From an uncultured candidate division Zixibacteria bacterium (GTDB lineage: Bacteria > Zixibacteria > MSB-5A5 > UBA10806): a stretch of 64,000 bases of DNA. Where the stretch lies: positions 1,088,001 to 1,152,000 of the forward strand of contig CAWDFP010000006.1 in NCBI GenBank assembly GCA_963801605.1, read 5' to 3'. Numbering within the stretch: position 1 is the first letter of the stretch; every line of letters begins with the position of its first letter. Position numbers and translations under genes: made by a program. The notes beneath the pieces are model-generated. The model had not been told where the DNA came from. It did not search any database and worked only from the letters and a program-made list of their open reading frames with translations. Shown here piece by piece: positions 1 to 10,008 of this stretch.

Positions 1-65
1 ATGTCGGAAGTGATAAAACCATAGCCCTTAAGGTCGTTAAACCACTTTACCTTACCTCGTGCCAC
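1..65 (-). CDS. Cold-shock protein (CSD family), 5' part; runs off window start
   Basis: Not in ORF track. Minus strand from GTG at 65 reads MARGKVKWFNDLKGYGFITSD, the classic CSD start with RNP-1 KGYGFI; GGAGGG SD upstream. Confidence 0.93.
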   Translation of the reverse strand, partial: MARGKVKWFNDLKGYGFITSD

Positions 66-132
66 AGCTTCCCTCCATAGTGGGTTGAACTTTTATTATA
101 GTACTGAAATATATTCTCATAATCGATAAAGG

Positions 133-774
133 TCAAGTGAAATTTTTAAGTATAAATAATTGACTGACAACAACTTGCATGATGGCCCCCGCTGATATCG
201 GAACGATTAAATTGTCGTCAATGTGAAGTGTTATTGCCTCGACAATAGTGGCCGTAATCGCCCCAATTATCATCACCCAAAACGGAATACCCGGCACTAT
301 TATAGCTACCAGAACACTTGCCAGAAAAAAACTCACCGATCCTTCCAAAGACTTGGCCCTGAACCTGACTCGTCCCCATAGCCGGCCGATAATCGCCCCG
401 GCAGTATCGCCTACTACGATAAAGGATATCGCGGCGATAGCGATAGGTTTGTCAAATAGCTGAATTGCCAAAATCGAACCGGTTAAAATATATGTCGCCC
501 CGACTAAATCTCTTTTTTCGCAAGGGCGGATCATTATCCCCAGGTATTTATAGACGAAATCTCGACTGCGTTCATGCCCGAATAGCCGGATATAATCAAG
601 TATCAAGGCAAATACGAGAGCCAAAATCAGAATAGGCATCACAATGGGATAACCAAGGAAATAATAGCCAACCGGAATAGCGATAGCCCCCAGGTGAATT
701 AACTTCCTGAAGACTTCGCCAATTATCGAGATATCATCGGTATTGGACGGAGAGAAGACCGAATCGGCTGCCAT
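133..774 (-). CDS. Phytol/dolichol kinase-like membrane protein (CTP_transf_1 / SEC59-DGK1-VTE5 family)
   Basis: RKLIH, GD..GAIIGR.WG, KSLEGS and DDNL motifs; multi-TM. Start set at ATG 774 (MAADS), since the track start overlaps the upstream gene. Confidence 0.85.
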   Translation of the reverse strand: MAADSVFSPSNTDDISIIGEVFRKLIHLGAIAIPVGYYFLGYPIVMPILILALVFALILDYIRLFGHERSRDFVYKYLGIMIRPCEKRDLVGATYILTGSILAIQLFDKPIAIAAISFIVVGDTAGAIIGRLWGRVRFRAKSLEGSVSFFLASVLVAIIVPGIPFWVMIIGAITATIVEAITLHIDDNLIVPISAGAIMQVVVSQLFILKNFT

Positions 775-808
775 GCCGTCATCCCGCACATCCAAAGGAA
801 GAATGACT

Positions 809-2590
809 CTAACTTCCTTTTTGTCCCTTTGATTCAATTCGAATTACCTTCTTTTCTTCGGGACGATATTTCTTGAATGTTTTTTCTTTGATTTCAATTT
901 TTGCTCCCTGACGCCAATTGGCTACCAGCGCACCGGTTTTCTGAGCGTCGCGAACGTCTCTTAGATGCTGTTTGATGCCGGGAATAACCTGACCAAGAGT
1001 TCTATCCTCTTTACGGTTAACCAGCTTTATTAAGTGATAGCCCCAGTTGGTTTTTACCGGATGACTGACCTGGCCTACTTTCATTGAATCGGCTGCCTGA
1101 TAAAAGATTTGCCCCATCTCATCCGGCCCGATATAATCTAGATTATACAAAACCTCTCGTATTTCGGCGTCTCCAGGATAGTACCTTTTGGCCATCTCGC
1201 CGAAATCCGCCCCAGCCATAATAGAATCCCTGATCGCTTCCGCTTTGAGCGAATCCTGGAAGAGGATATGGTAAACTTGAAGCGGGCGTTTTTCTTTGTA
1301 GGAATCAATATGGGCGTTATAATAGTCTTCGACCTCTTTATCGCTGGGATCGTATTCGAGATCTCTCATATAGCGCATCAAGCGGGATCTGGCCTCGCTG
1401 GTGGTAAACTCATCGATATCGCGTTTGATCTCAGGAGCATCCATATATCCCAGGGTCCTGGCCGCACTCCGCAAGAGATATGTCGGGGCCATCATTCCCA
1501 GCATTTCCTTTTTATCGGCAACGGTTAGCGAATCGACTTTTTTCCATCTTTGGAACTTGGGAATAGATTCCTTAACAACCTTCCCATAGATGGTATCGGT
1601 CCCATTGGCCGTCATAATCCAGGCGCGATCCTCGATCAGGCTATCTGGCCTGGCCAGCATCTCTTCGTTGTAGCTATAAACCGCTATTGATTTCAAAGAA
1701 TCTAAAAAAGCGTTAGCCAGTTTTTTGCGCTCTTCTTCCATAAGTTGATTATTGATCTGTTCGAAAATCTCGGGGCTGTAGGCCTTAGGGCCTGCCTGCT
1801 TATGATCCTCGATTTTAAGAATATCGTAACCGAATTTATTGCCTATCGGCCCGATGATCGAGCCTATCGGAGCCGCAAAAGCAGCGGAGTCAACCTCTGG
1901 CATCATCCTGCCGTGGACGAAGTATCCCAGTTCCCCGCCCTTTTTGGAATTGTTGGCATCTTCCGAATATGTGGCTGCCAGAGTATCCCAGTTATCGCCG
2001 GCCAAAGCTTTTTTCATCACTGCATCGGCTCTGTCCTTGGCAAACTTGTCGGAATCGACCAGGCGCTGCTTCTTTTCAGCTTCGGTTTTTACGGAAGCAG
2101 TATCCGGTTTGGGACGACGAATCAGGATATGACGCGCCGAAACCTGTTCCGGATCCAAAAACTGATCGGGGTGTTCGTTATAATATTTTGGGACCAGAGT
2201 GGAATCGAGATGAGCCCTTGGTTCGATAGATCTGTCGAACAGCACCTTCATTATGGTTTGATTAACCTGTTCGAGACGATTCTGGACAAAATCGAAATCG
2301 TTGTTCAGGACCTGCTTGATGGAATCCTCACGAATTTCAGTCAGCTTACGCACTATGAGGGAGTCGAGGGCGGCCTGCTTGAGGCTGTCGACATTCTCCT
2401 TTTGACCATCGGAGAGAACGGCCGGAGATACTTTCTCCATCTGCCTGATTGTTGAATCAAGACTGGCGACCGATATGATACGGCCGTCGACCAGGGCTAC
2501 CGGGGCTTGCCGCTGTTTTGCTGATTTTGTTGATGCGAACAGGCATCCCGCCGATGCCAGCATTAATACAACCACCAAGATTCTTTTCAT
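809..2590 (-). CDS. Periplasmic peptidyl-prolyl isomerase, SurA/PrsA-like, with two parvulin domains
   Basis: Signal peptide; ARHILI..YSED..GGELGYF and VYHIL..VSHPVKTNWGYHLIK rotamase motifs. Confidence 0.9.
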   Translation of the reverse strand: MKRILVVVLMLASAGCLFASTKSAKQRQAPVALVDGRIISVASLDSTIRQMEKVSPAVLSDGQKENVDSLKQAALDSLIVRKLTEIREDSIKQVLNNDFDFVQNRLEQVNQTIMKVLFDRSIEPRAHLDSTLVPKYYNEHPDQFLDPEQVSARHILIRRPKPDTASVKTEAEKKQRLVDSDKFAKDRADAVMKKALAGDNWDTLAATYSEDANNSKKGGELGYFVHGRMMPEVDSAAFAAPIGSIIGPIGNKFGYDILKIEDHKQAGPKAYSPEIFEQINNQLMEEERKKLANAFLDSLKSIAVYSYNEEMLARPDSLIEDRAWIMTANGTDTIYGKVVKESIPKFQRWKKVDSLTVADKKEMLGMMAPTYLLRSAARTLGYMDAPEIKRDIDEFTTSEARSRLMRYMRDLEYDPSDKEVEDYYNAHIDSYKEKRPLQVYHILFQDSLKAEAIRDSIMAGADFGEMAKRYYPGDAEIREVLYNLDYIGPDEMGQIFYQAADSMKVGQVSHPVKTNWGYHLIKLVNRKEDRTLGQVIPGIKQHLRDVRDAQKTGALVANWRQGAKIEIKEKTFKKYRPEEKKVIRIESKGQKGS

Positions 2591-2894
2591 CCTAACCTCG
2601 CTCCTCTATTTTTCTTATAATCAAGGAATCAATAATATTCAAAACGGGAACCCAAAGTCAACTATAATTAAGCTCGCTTGTCAAGTCCGCCAATAACCGC
2701 TTGCGCCCAAACCACAAAAAGATTTTATGAGGCAAAAGGCGAAAGGTTCAGAGCCAAATGAGACGCGGGGATTGGCCAAAACCATTCTGCCTCAAAATTT
2801 TCAATATTTTCTTGACTAATAAGGACTGCACCTACTATGTATGACCTGCAACTTAGTTCTGCTTACTGCGAGAAAATCTTTTCTGGAGGTATTT

Positions 2895-4078
2895 GTGAAA
2901 ACCTATAAAAATTGTTGGACTTATCATCTTCTTTCTGTCGACGGTAACCTAAAGCCTCTTGCCGGTTGGACGAGCCGGTGCCGGTTCAAGAGCTAAATAT
3001 GAGCGGTGACGAATTACCCCCGAATCTTTCTGCAGACGGTTAAATTATGATGTTTTCTGCTCAAGGTACGGTTACAATGAGCCATTGGAATGGAACTTCA
3101 TGGGGGCCGAATATTTGCCATCGCCAATTAATTATATCGGCTTACAAGATGAGGCCGCAATTACCCCGGATAAGCGTTGGATATATTGGGTTTCCTGGCG
3201 AGCGGGCGGCATGGGAATGTGGGATATTTGGCGAGCAAGCTGGGATGATAGCAGCCATACATGCGGGCCAGCCGAGTGTTTGGGTCCTAATGTTAATTCT
3301 ACTGCTATAGAAGGAGGAATCTGTTTCGCTTCAAATGGCCAGAGAATGTATTTTGATACGGATGTTCATTATAAGAATGGACAATATAATTTTGGTTCAA
3401 ATGATATTTGGTATGCGGATTGGGATAGTTTGATCGGAGACTGGGGCGAGCCCTTTATACTTGGTGAGGAAATTAACACTACTGATATAGAAAGAGCTCC
3501 TTTCGTATCCTTAAATGGTAATACACTATATTTTTCATGCGCAGGGGGCCATCACTTACCCGTTTGGCACGGCGGCTGGGATATTTACTTGGCTCATTGG
3601 AATGGCTCAGCTTGGGATAGCGTTCAGAATATCGGTCCGCTCTATTAACTTATCGGCGCAGGATTTTGGACCGACCATTTCGCCGGACGGGCTGAAGTTA
3701 TATTTTACTACGGAGCGGGATCGCGTACCTAATGCGGATTACGAGTTTATGGTATCAACATGGGAACCGGACGGTATAGACGATGATATAGAGCCGAGAG
3801 ATAATTCAATTAGGGTTGAGTGCTATCCTAATCCGTTCAACGAACGGATAGAAATACAAGCTTATTCGGCGACTGAAAGCACAGCCGATATTTCTATCTA
3901 TGACATAAATGGTCAGAAAGTGAGGGAATATGACTTAAATATCAACAATGGCTGTGGAACGACAACATGGGATAGCAAGAATCAAAAGGGCCAGAAGGTA
4001 GCCACTGGTAATTATTTTATTAAAATTGAATTTCCGGGCGGGCAGAAGACACAAAAAATAGTTACCCTGCTTAAATAA
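2895..4078 (+). pseudogene. PD40/WD40-like beta-propeller protein with T9SS/FlgD-Ig C-terminal domain, copy 1, disrupted
   Basis: GGAGG + GTG at 2895. Fragments 3047, 3085..3648 and 3515..4078 match copy 2. Relative to copy 2 it has CAA>TAA at 3041, a GAGA deletion near 3110 and other indels. C-terminus YPNPFN...VATGNYF...TLLK. Confidence 0.7.
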
Positions 4079-4089
4079 TGCATTTTTTA

Positions 4090-4118
4090 TTGATAACTTT
4101 ATCTGTGTATATTAGAAT
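4090..4118 (+). promoter_or_regulatory. sigma70-type promoter for PD40 copy 2
   Basis: TTGATA-17 bp-TAGAAT. Confidence 0.55.
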
Positions 4119-4165
4119 AACGATGTATCAATATTAATCCGGTCGCTTTTAGGAAAATCAATAAT

Positions 4166-5352
4166 ATGAAACGAATTCTTCTGACAATTATTTTGGCTCC
4201 ATTGTTGAGTCTTTTGGCCTCCCCCGCCTTTGCCGGTTGGACCGAGCCGGTGCCGGTGCAAGAGCTAAATATGAGCGGCGATGAACTATTACCGAATCTT
4301 TCTGCAGACGGTCAAATTATGATGTTTTCTGCTCAAGGTACGGTTACAATGAGCCATTGGAATGGAACTTCATGGGGGCCGAGAGAATATTTGCCATCGC
4401 CAATTAATTATATCGGCTTACAAGATGAGGCCGCAATTACCCCGGATAAGCGTTGGATATATTGGGTTTCCTGGCGTGAGGGCGGCTTAGGAATGTGGGA
4501 TATCTGGCGGGCAAGTTGGGATGATAGCAGCTATACTTGCGGGCCAGCCGAGTGTTTGGGTCCTAATGTTAATTCTACTGCTATAGAAGGAGGAATCTGT
4601 TTCGCTTCAAATGGCCAGAGAATGTATTTTGATACGGATGTTCATTATAAGAATGGACAATATAATTTTGGTTCAAATGATATTTGGTATGCGGATTGGG
4701 ATAGTTTGATCGGAGACTGGGGCGAGCCCTTTATACTTGGTGAGGAAATTAACACTACTGATATAGAAAGAGCTCCTTTCGTATCCTTAAATGGTAATAC
4801 ACTATATTTTTCATGCGCAGGGGGCCATCACTTACCCGGTTGGCAGGGCGGCTGGGATATTTACTTGGCTCATTGGAATGGCTCAGCTTGGGATAGCGTT
4901 CAAAATATAGCCCCCCTATTAACTCATCGGTTCAGGATTTTGGACCGACCATTTCGCCCGACGGCCTAAAATTATATTTTACTACGGAGCGAGATCGCGT
5001 ACCTAATGCGGATTATGAGTTAATGGTATCATCATGGGAACCGGATGCTATAGACGATGAAATAGAGCCGATAGATAATTCAATTAGGGTTGAGTATTAC
5101 CCTAATCCGTTTAACGAACAGGTGGAAATACGAGTATTTACGGAATCGGAAACAACAGCCGGGATATCTATATATGATATAAACGGCCAGAAAGTGAGGG
5201 GATATGACATAACGCTTAATAACGGGGCCGGTATGACAACATGGGATAGCAAGAATCAAAAGGGCCAAAAAGTAGCAACTGGGAATTATATAATGAAAAT
5301 CGATTTCCCAGATGGGAAAGAGATTAGAAAAGTCATTACATTGTTGAAATAG
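4166..5352 (+). CDS. PD40/WD40-like beta-propeller protein with T9SS/FlgD-Ig C-terminal domain, copy 2 (one frameshift at C6 tract 4911-4916)
   Basis: Signal peptide; P.IS/T.DG..LYF.S/T repeats. ORFs 4166..4969 and 5023..5352 join if one C is added at the homopolymer. Confidence 0.8.
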
Positions 5353-5436
5353 TATTGCTGGGCAAGGAGGCCAAGTTGAAACGCATTTACTTTACTCTAT
5401 TAATACCTTTAATTGTAGTTTTTTATACCGCTGGCT

Positions 5437-5460
5437 GGCAGACGCCCTCGTCTGCCCTTT
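5437..5460. terminator. Hairpin between convergent genes, terminator-like
   Basis: GGCAGACG-CCCT-CGTCTGCC perfect 8-bp stem; only a short T run follows. Confidence 0.45.
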
Positions 5461-5473
5461 GGTAGGATAATTC

Positions 5474-6418
5474 CTAAAACCTGGCTGTCAGCGATGCCAG
5501 ATAAGTATTATCCAAATCAGAATGGTCTCGCATGGCGAGATCGACATTGAAGCGGCCCAACTTCAATCCTGCGCCGAGTGTCAGATTACCGGCGTCGGAA
5601 CCGATCCGAGCAGCCAACTTTTCCATATAGGATAACTCTAATCCAAGATGCATATCCGCCGAGACCGGTCCGGCTGAAATCTGGGAGGCGTAATCTCGGC
5701 CTTCGAATCTGATATCGCCGTCCGTATATAGGCTGCCGAATAGCTTGCCCTTGTTGGCATGAAATCTAGCCCCAAGTTTCGCGGTCGGCAGAATGCTTTC
5801 TTTGGTGCCGGTAGAGTATGACAAAAGCGTGGTGGTGGCATCCTGAATATTCAGGCCCAGATCGATCCATCTGGCGGCTGTGTAGTTGGCGCCCAGGTCA
5901 AGCCCGATCCCAAATGCGTTCTGATCGATGATATGACGATAGATGAGCTTGGCTGTCAGTCCGCCCAGGAGACGCTCGCCGAAACTTCGTCCGTAGGAAA
6001 AATACCCGGCATAATCGGCGTGCGATTCACTCTTGATCTGATAAAACCTTCCGGTCTCATCGCGCCCGGTAATTGCAATGCCGCCGCCGCCCAAACGATA
6101 CAGGGAAATCGCTATAGCGGCTTTATTCTCACCGGTTCCTATCGGACGAGTATACGCTAAGAAGTCATGATTCAGGAGATCGCCGAACGCCGCGGAATGC
6201 ATGAAGATCGCTTGCGATTGCACCACAATGGCCAGTCCCGCGGGATTATAATAACCGTCAAGGACGTCGCCTGTTTCTGCTACATAAGCTCCGCCCAGAG
6301 CAATGGGCCTGGCTCCTACTCCGAGATTGAGAAACTCGCCTGCATACTTGGCAGCGTGGGCCGGTATGGTCAGAAGAGCAACCAGAGCTATTATCGCCAG
6401 TCGCGTCATAAACCTCAT
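5474..6418 (-). CDS. PorV/PorQ-like (UPF0164) outer-membrane beta-barrel
   Basis: Signal peptide; FLNLGVGARPIALGGAY..YYNPAGL N-terminal motif; terminal Phe. Confidence 0.85.
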   Translation of the reverse strand: MRFMTRLAIIALVALLTIPAHAAKYAGEFLNLGVGARPIALGGAYVAETGDVLDGYYNPAGLAIVVQSQAIFMHSAAFGDLLNHDFLAYTRPIGTGENKAAIAISLYRLGGGGIAITGRDETGRFYQIKSESHADYAGYFSYGRSFGERLLGGLTAKLIYRHIIDQNAFGIGLDLGANYTAARWIDLGLNIQDATTTLLSYSTGTKESILPTAKLGARFHANKGKLFGSLYTDGDIRFEGRDYASQISAGPVSADMHLGLELSYMEKLAARIGSDAGNLTLGAGLKLGRFNVDLAMRDHSDLDNTYLASLTARF

Positions 6419-6496
6419 TGACCACCTCGAATGTTAATTTGTTTCAGCCACATCCCCGCGCGAATTCGTAACGCGCCTCGTGACCGTCAAAAAATA

Positions 6497-7030
6497 CTAC
6501 TTAGTAGAGGTAGCCTTGGTATAATAATCCTCGAATTTTAATGTTTTATAATGGCCATCGCCGTAATATCTGAGAAAATGGATAAATACCTCTGGTGGCA
6601 TATATCCCGGCCGGCCGCCAAGCTTGGTACCGTCGGATTGTACAAACCAGGTCTGCGGATAGGACCTGACGCCAAATGAACGGGCAACTTCGATTCCATT
6701 GGATTGACCGCTGGGCAGTGTGAAGGCCTCTCTCGATTCGGCATTGAGCCTGACCGGCACAAAATGGTCATTGATATATTTGGCCACCGTGGGATCGATA
6801 TAAGTTTGCTTATCCATCTTTTTACAGAATCCGCACCAATCGGTGTAGAAATCGATTATCATCGGCTTTTTGTTTTTCGCTGCAATTTTAACGCCTTCAT
6901 CGTATTTATTCCAGGTGATCAACGAGGCTTCCTTGGTATCCTTGGTCGCGATAGGCTTGGTTATGGCCCAGACCGATGCCACCGCCAAGAGCAGCGCTAC
7001 GATGATTGCGATTGATCCGAATTTTTTCAT
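6497..7030 (-). CDS. Exported thioredoxin-fold protein (SoxW/DUF255-like)
   Basis: Signal peptide; DFYTDWCGFCKKM CxxC; cis-Pro motif RSYP. Confidence 0.88.
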   Translation of the reverse strand: MKKFGSIAIIVALLLAVASVWAITKPIATKDTKEASLITWNKYDEGVKIAAKNKKPMIIDFYTDWCGFCKKMDKQTYIDPTVAKYINDHFVPVRLNAESREAFTLPSGQSNGIEVARSFGVRSYPQTWFVQSDGTKLGGRPGYMPPEVFIHFLRYYGDGHYKTLKFEDYYTKATSTK

Positions 7031-7377
7031 AATTTTACTCCCCTATTACAAGCTCGGCAATTATTCGCTAATCCTGTTTCGACAATATTTCAGCGATACT
7101 TTATATATGGCCACGGTTTGGTATGGTGTGGTGTGTCGAACAACGCTGATTAAGAAGACATCCCATCATTTTCGTGAATAATATAATGGTCTGCCGGTTT
7201 GGACGCAAGAGCTTCATTACCGGGCCAACACATCTTATCCATTTAACAGCTAAGGTATTATCCATGTTCCAGGATATCTACCAGGAGCTACGTTTGGGGT
7301 TATTTTGGTGTAATTGATGGCGTCAGATTCGTGGCAGACAGTTTTGGACATGCGAGAAATCCGACAACTGCCAATCG

Positions 7378-9146
7378 CTATTTCAGCAACACCAGCTTCC
7401 GAGTGATTTGGGTATTTTGCGTACTTAGCACCAGATAATAAACTCCACTGGTGTATTGTCCCATATCGAGCGAAATCTGCCTGTTTCCAGCCGGGTAAAT
7501 CCCCTCATCGATATTCTTAATTTGCGGCCCAGGATATCATAGAGGCTTAAGGTAACCTGTTCTTCTTTGGGCAATGTATATTCTATTATGGTTGTTGAAT
7601 TAAACGGGTTGGGATAGTTTTGTTTTAGGATAGCGCTTTTAGGGAGAGGAGGAGGAGTATCATCCGCGATGGCAGTTACCCTATCCACAAAATTGTAGTT
7701 TCTGGTCAAAAGGTTGTCATGTGAAAGCATTGGCCACTGATTGGGAACTCCGGTGGAATCAGGAAAGCGGTAAACGTTAACATAACCGCTATCAATCCCA
7801 TGAGTACCAGGTGGAGCAAGATTATCGGTGTATACCGCCATATATAGCTTATGGGATAATGGATCAAACGCGAAATTTGGAGGACGCCCTAAATATGAAC
7901 CATTGATAATGAACGGATATCCATTTAGCTCTTGCCCATTGCGATCCATTGCGAAGAAATAACTGTGACCGAACCAGGCAATAGAATCAGATCCAATGGA
8001 ATCTGCAAAGAGCACATTGTAATCATGAAATATTTCACAATAACCATCTCCGTTGATATCAACAATAATTAAGTCAGCATTTGTCATGACGCTAAAAATA
8101 CCAGGTGGGGGAATAACGACAGGCCAGGGAGCCAGGCGGGACGCATTGGGTTCAATAAAATAGAACGAATCTCTGGCTTGAAAGCCGAGTTCAATCATGC
8201 CATCGTTGTTAATATCGCTGGGGACAGGCGCTTCTTTTATGACCGCATGCGGGAAAAAAAGCGGCCAGTTTTCCTTGATCTCTCCGGTATGCTCAAACAC
8301 GTAAAGGTAAGCGTTAAACCAGGGAGCTTCGAAAGTAACATCATCGGCCGCAGCGATAATTTCCGGAAATCCATTGTGGTCGATATCTCCTAACGTCGGA
8401 GGCCAATTCCAGTTATTGGAAAATGTGTAGGTTGAATCGATTTGTGGTAAGCCAATCGGGAAGCCGGGTTGCATAGTGCCATCAAAGCGATATGCATAAA
8501 TATGGTATAGGCCCTGAATGACGTATTCATTGGTTTCATCGAGGTCAAAATCCGCAACCGCTCCTCCCGAACCAGCAACCGTGTTGCCGATTACATCTGA
8601 TGGCAATGGTATCGGCCAACCCGGTTTTTCAACTCCCAAATGGTTAAAACAGTGAATTAATCCCTCGCGGGCCGAAAAACTCATTATCTCATATTCGCCG
8701 TCATGGTCGAAATCGGCTACATTAAGCGAGACTGGATGGTTTATAGGAATAGGAAAACCGGGCATCACCGAACCAAAATGATCTACCGCAAAAATGAAGC
8801 TTTGGGAAAATCCAAAAGTATTTGATATGCCGAATAAAACATTATCCATATAACCATCGCGATTCAAATCTACGACTATGGGAGTGATGCCAAAAACGAC
8901 GCTATCAATAATCAACGGCCAGCCCGGGAAAAAGGACGCATTAAGGTTGAATCTATCGATCATGCCATCGTCGGTATTGAAAAAGATACTATAATCATAG
9001 AATCCGCTAGAAAAATCAAATCGGGGTGTTAACGCAGGAGTGGGATTTATATTGTAGGGCCAACCTGGGACTAATTGCGGAACCTGCGAAAAAGATGATC
9101 CAAATGTCATTCCCAAAAGCAGCGATATTAGTAATGAAGATTTCAT
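7378..9146 (-). CDS. FG-GAP/VCBS-repeat secreted protein with T9SS C-terminal domain (frameshift near 7520)
   Basis: DLNRDG, DFDHDG, DIDHNG, DINNDG repeats with PGWP/PGFP; QNYPNPFN. The alternate frame ends YYLVLSTQNTQITRKLVLLK-stop at 7378. Confidence 0.82.
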
Positions 9147-9177
9147 GACTTTCGTCCTGTTTTCAAATTGATATTGT

Positions 9178-9210
9178 TATCTGGCGCCGGGATTTGGCCA
9201 GCGCCAGATA
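9178..9210 (-). other. Intergenic stem-loop without U-tract (possible mRNA-stabilising hairpin)
   Basis: TATCTGGCGC...GCGCCAGATA inverted repeat between co-oriented genes. Confidence 0.45.
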
Positions 9211-9220
9211 CAGCTAGTGT

Positions 9221-9616
9221 TTAAGGGCCTTGTGGACGGCTAGGCTCTGGGAGAGGACCCCAGCATTTCAAATCTACTTGCTGCCATTCCAATCCATGAA
9301 CAACTCTTTGAACTACGGGGCTTCCAAGGCAATTAGTGTGGGCGGGATCAACAACCACCGTTAATTGATAAGTTCCTGGCGGAAAAGTATTGTATGGCCA
9401 ATTAGAATTTGTATTATAGCCAGGATTGACCCCACATCTTAATGGGCAGGTGAAACTCTCTTGTGTTTCGATATGGTAAATTGATATCCATTGATAAGGA
9501 GTTTCGCAGTCGCAGTACTTAAAATTCACATATCCGTAAAAGCCACCGTCCGCATAGGCCCATGATGAGAGACAAAGTATGAAAAACAGGGCAAGGAAAA
9601 TAAGTCTGTTGGACAT
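9221..9616 (-). CDS. Small secreted Cys-containing hypothetical protein
   Basis: Signal peptide ending AYA; GAGG SD; several Cys; PGTYQLTV beta-sandwich-like motif. Confidence 0.75.
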   Translation of the reverse strand: MSNRLIFLALFFILCLSSWAYADGGFYGYVNFKYCDCETPYQWISIYHIETQESFTCPLRCGVNPGYNTNSNWPYNTFPPGTYQLTVVVDPAHTNCLGSPVVQRVVHGLEWQQVDLKCWGPLPEPSRPQGP

Positions 9617-9791
9617 TTCATCCTCGCTTGAAAAGGTTTAATTAGATACAAAAATTAAACAAAATAGCCGCCCCTTTATTCCCAATATTTTAGGGTTCGT
9701 TAAAGAAATTATCGGAGGCGAACGAGCTAAACTTGAAAGTAACATAAGGCCAGATGCCTTTCAAAACGGTTTAAGGGTCAGATTTTACCCC

Positions 9792-9819
9792 ATCATAACC
9801 CCAATGGCCCTGATGTCAA
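9792..9819 (-). promoter_or_regulatory. sigma70-type promoter
   Basis: TTGACA-16 bp-TATGAT on minus strand, upstream of 9616. Confidence 0.55.
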
Positions 9820-10008
9820 TACGACAAAATAGAGACTTTTTTGGGTACATAAGCGACATACGCAGCGGTAGAATTAAGCGCCTCAATCTCAACAAGATAA
9901 ACTATGCCAGATAATTACGTATAGGTATTGTTTGGGGGGAAAATACTACGAATTAAGTAATCCGGTTAAGATGGGATAAGCAAGATTTTATCTTAATTTT
10001 ACAGACTA

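Noticed and set aside
1745..2455. Long antisense ORFs (e.g. 1745..2455, 14654..15250, 44173..44829, 59552..60241)
   Set aside because: They shadow well-supported genes on the opposite strand and have no motifs or RBS.
2725..2775. c-di-GMP-I riboswitch-like GGCAAA...GAAA...GACGC text
   Set aside because: The required P2 pairing and the GCAAAGC continuation are absent.
3000..5060. Diversity-generating retroelement TR/VR pair in the PD40 duplicates
   Set aside because: Differences are not adenine-specific (C/T changes are common), the repeat is gene-length, and no reverse transcriptase is in the window.
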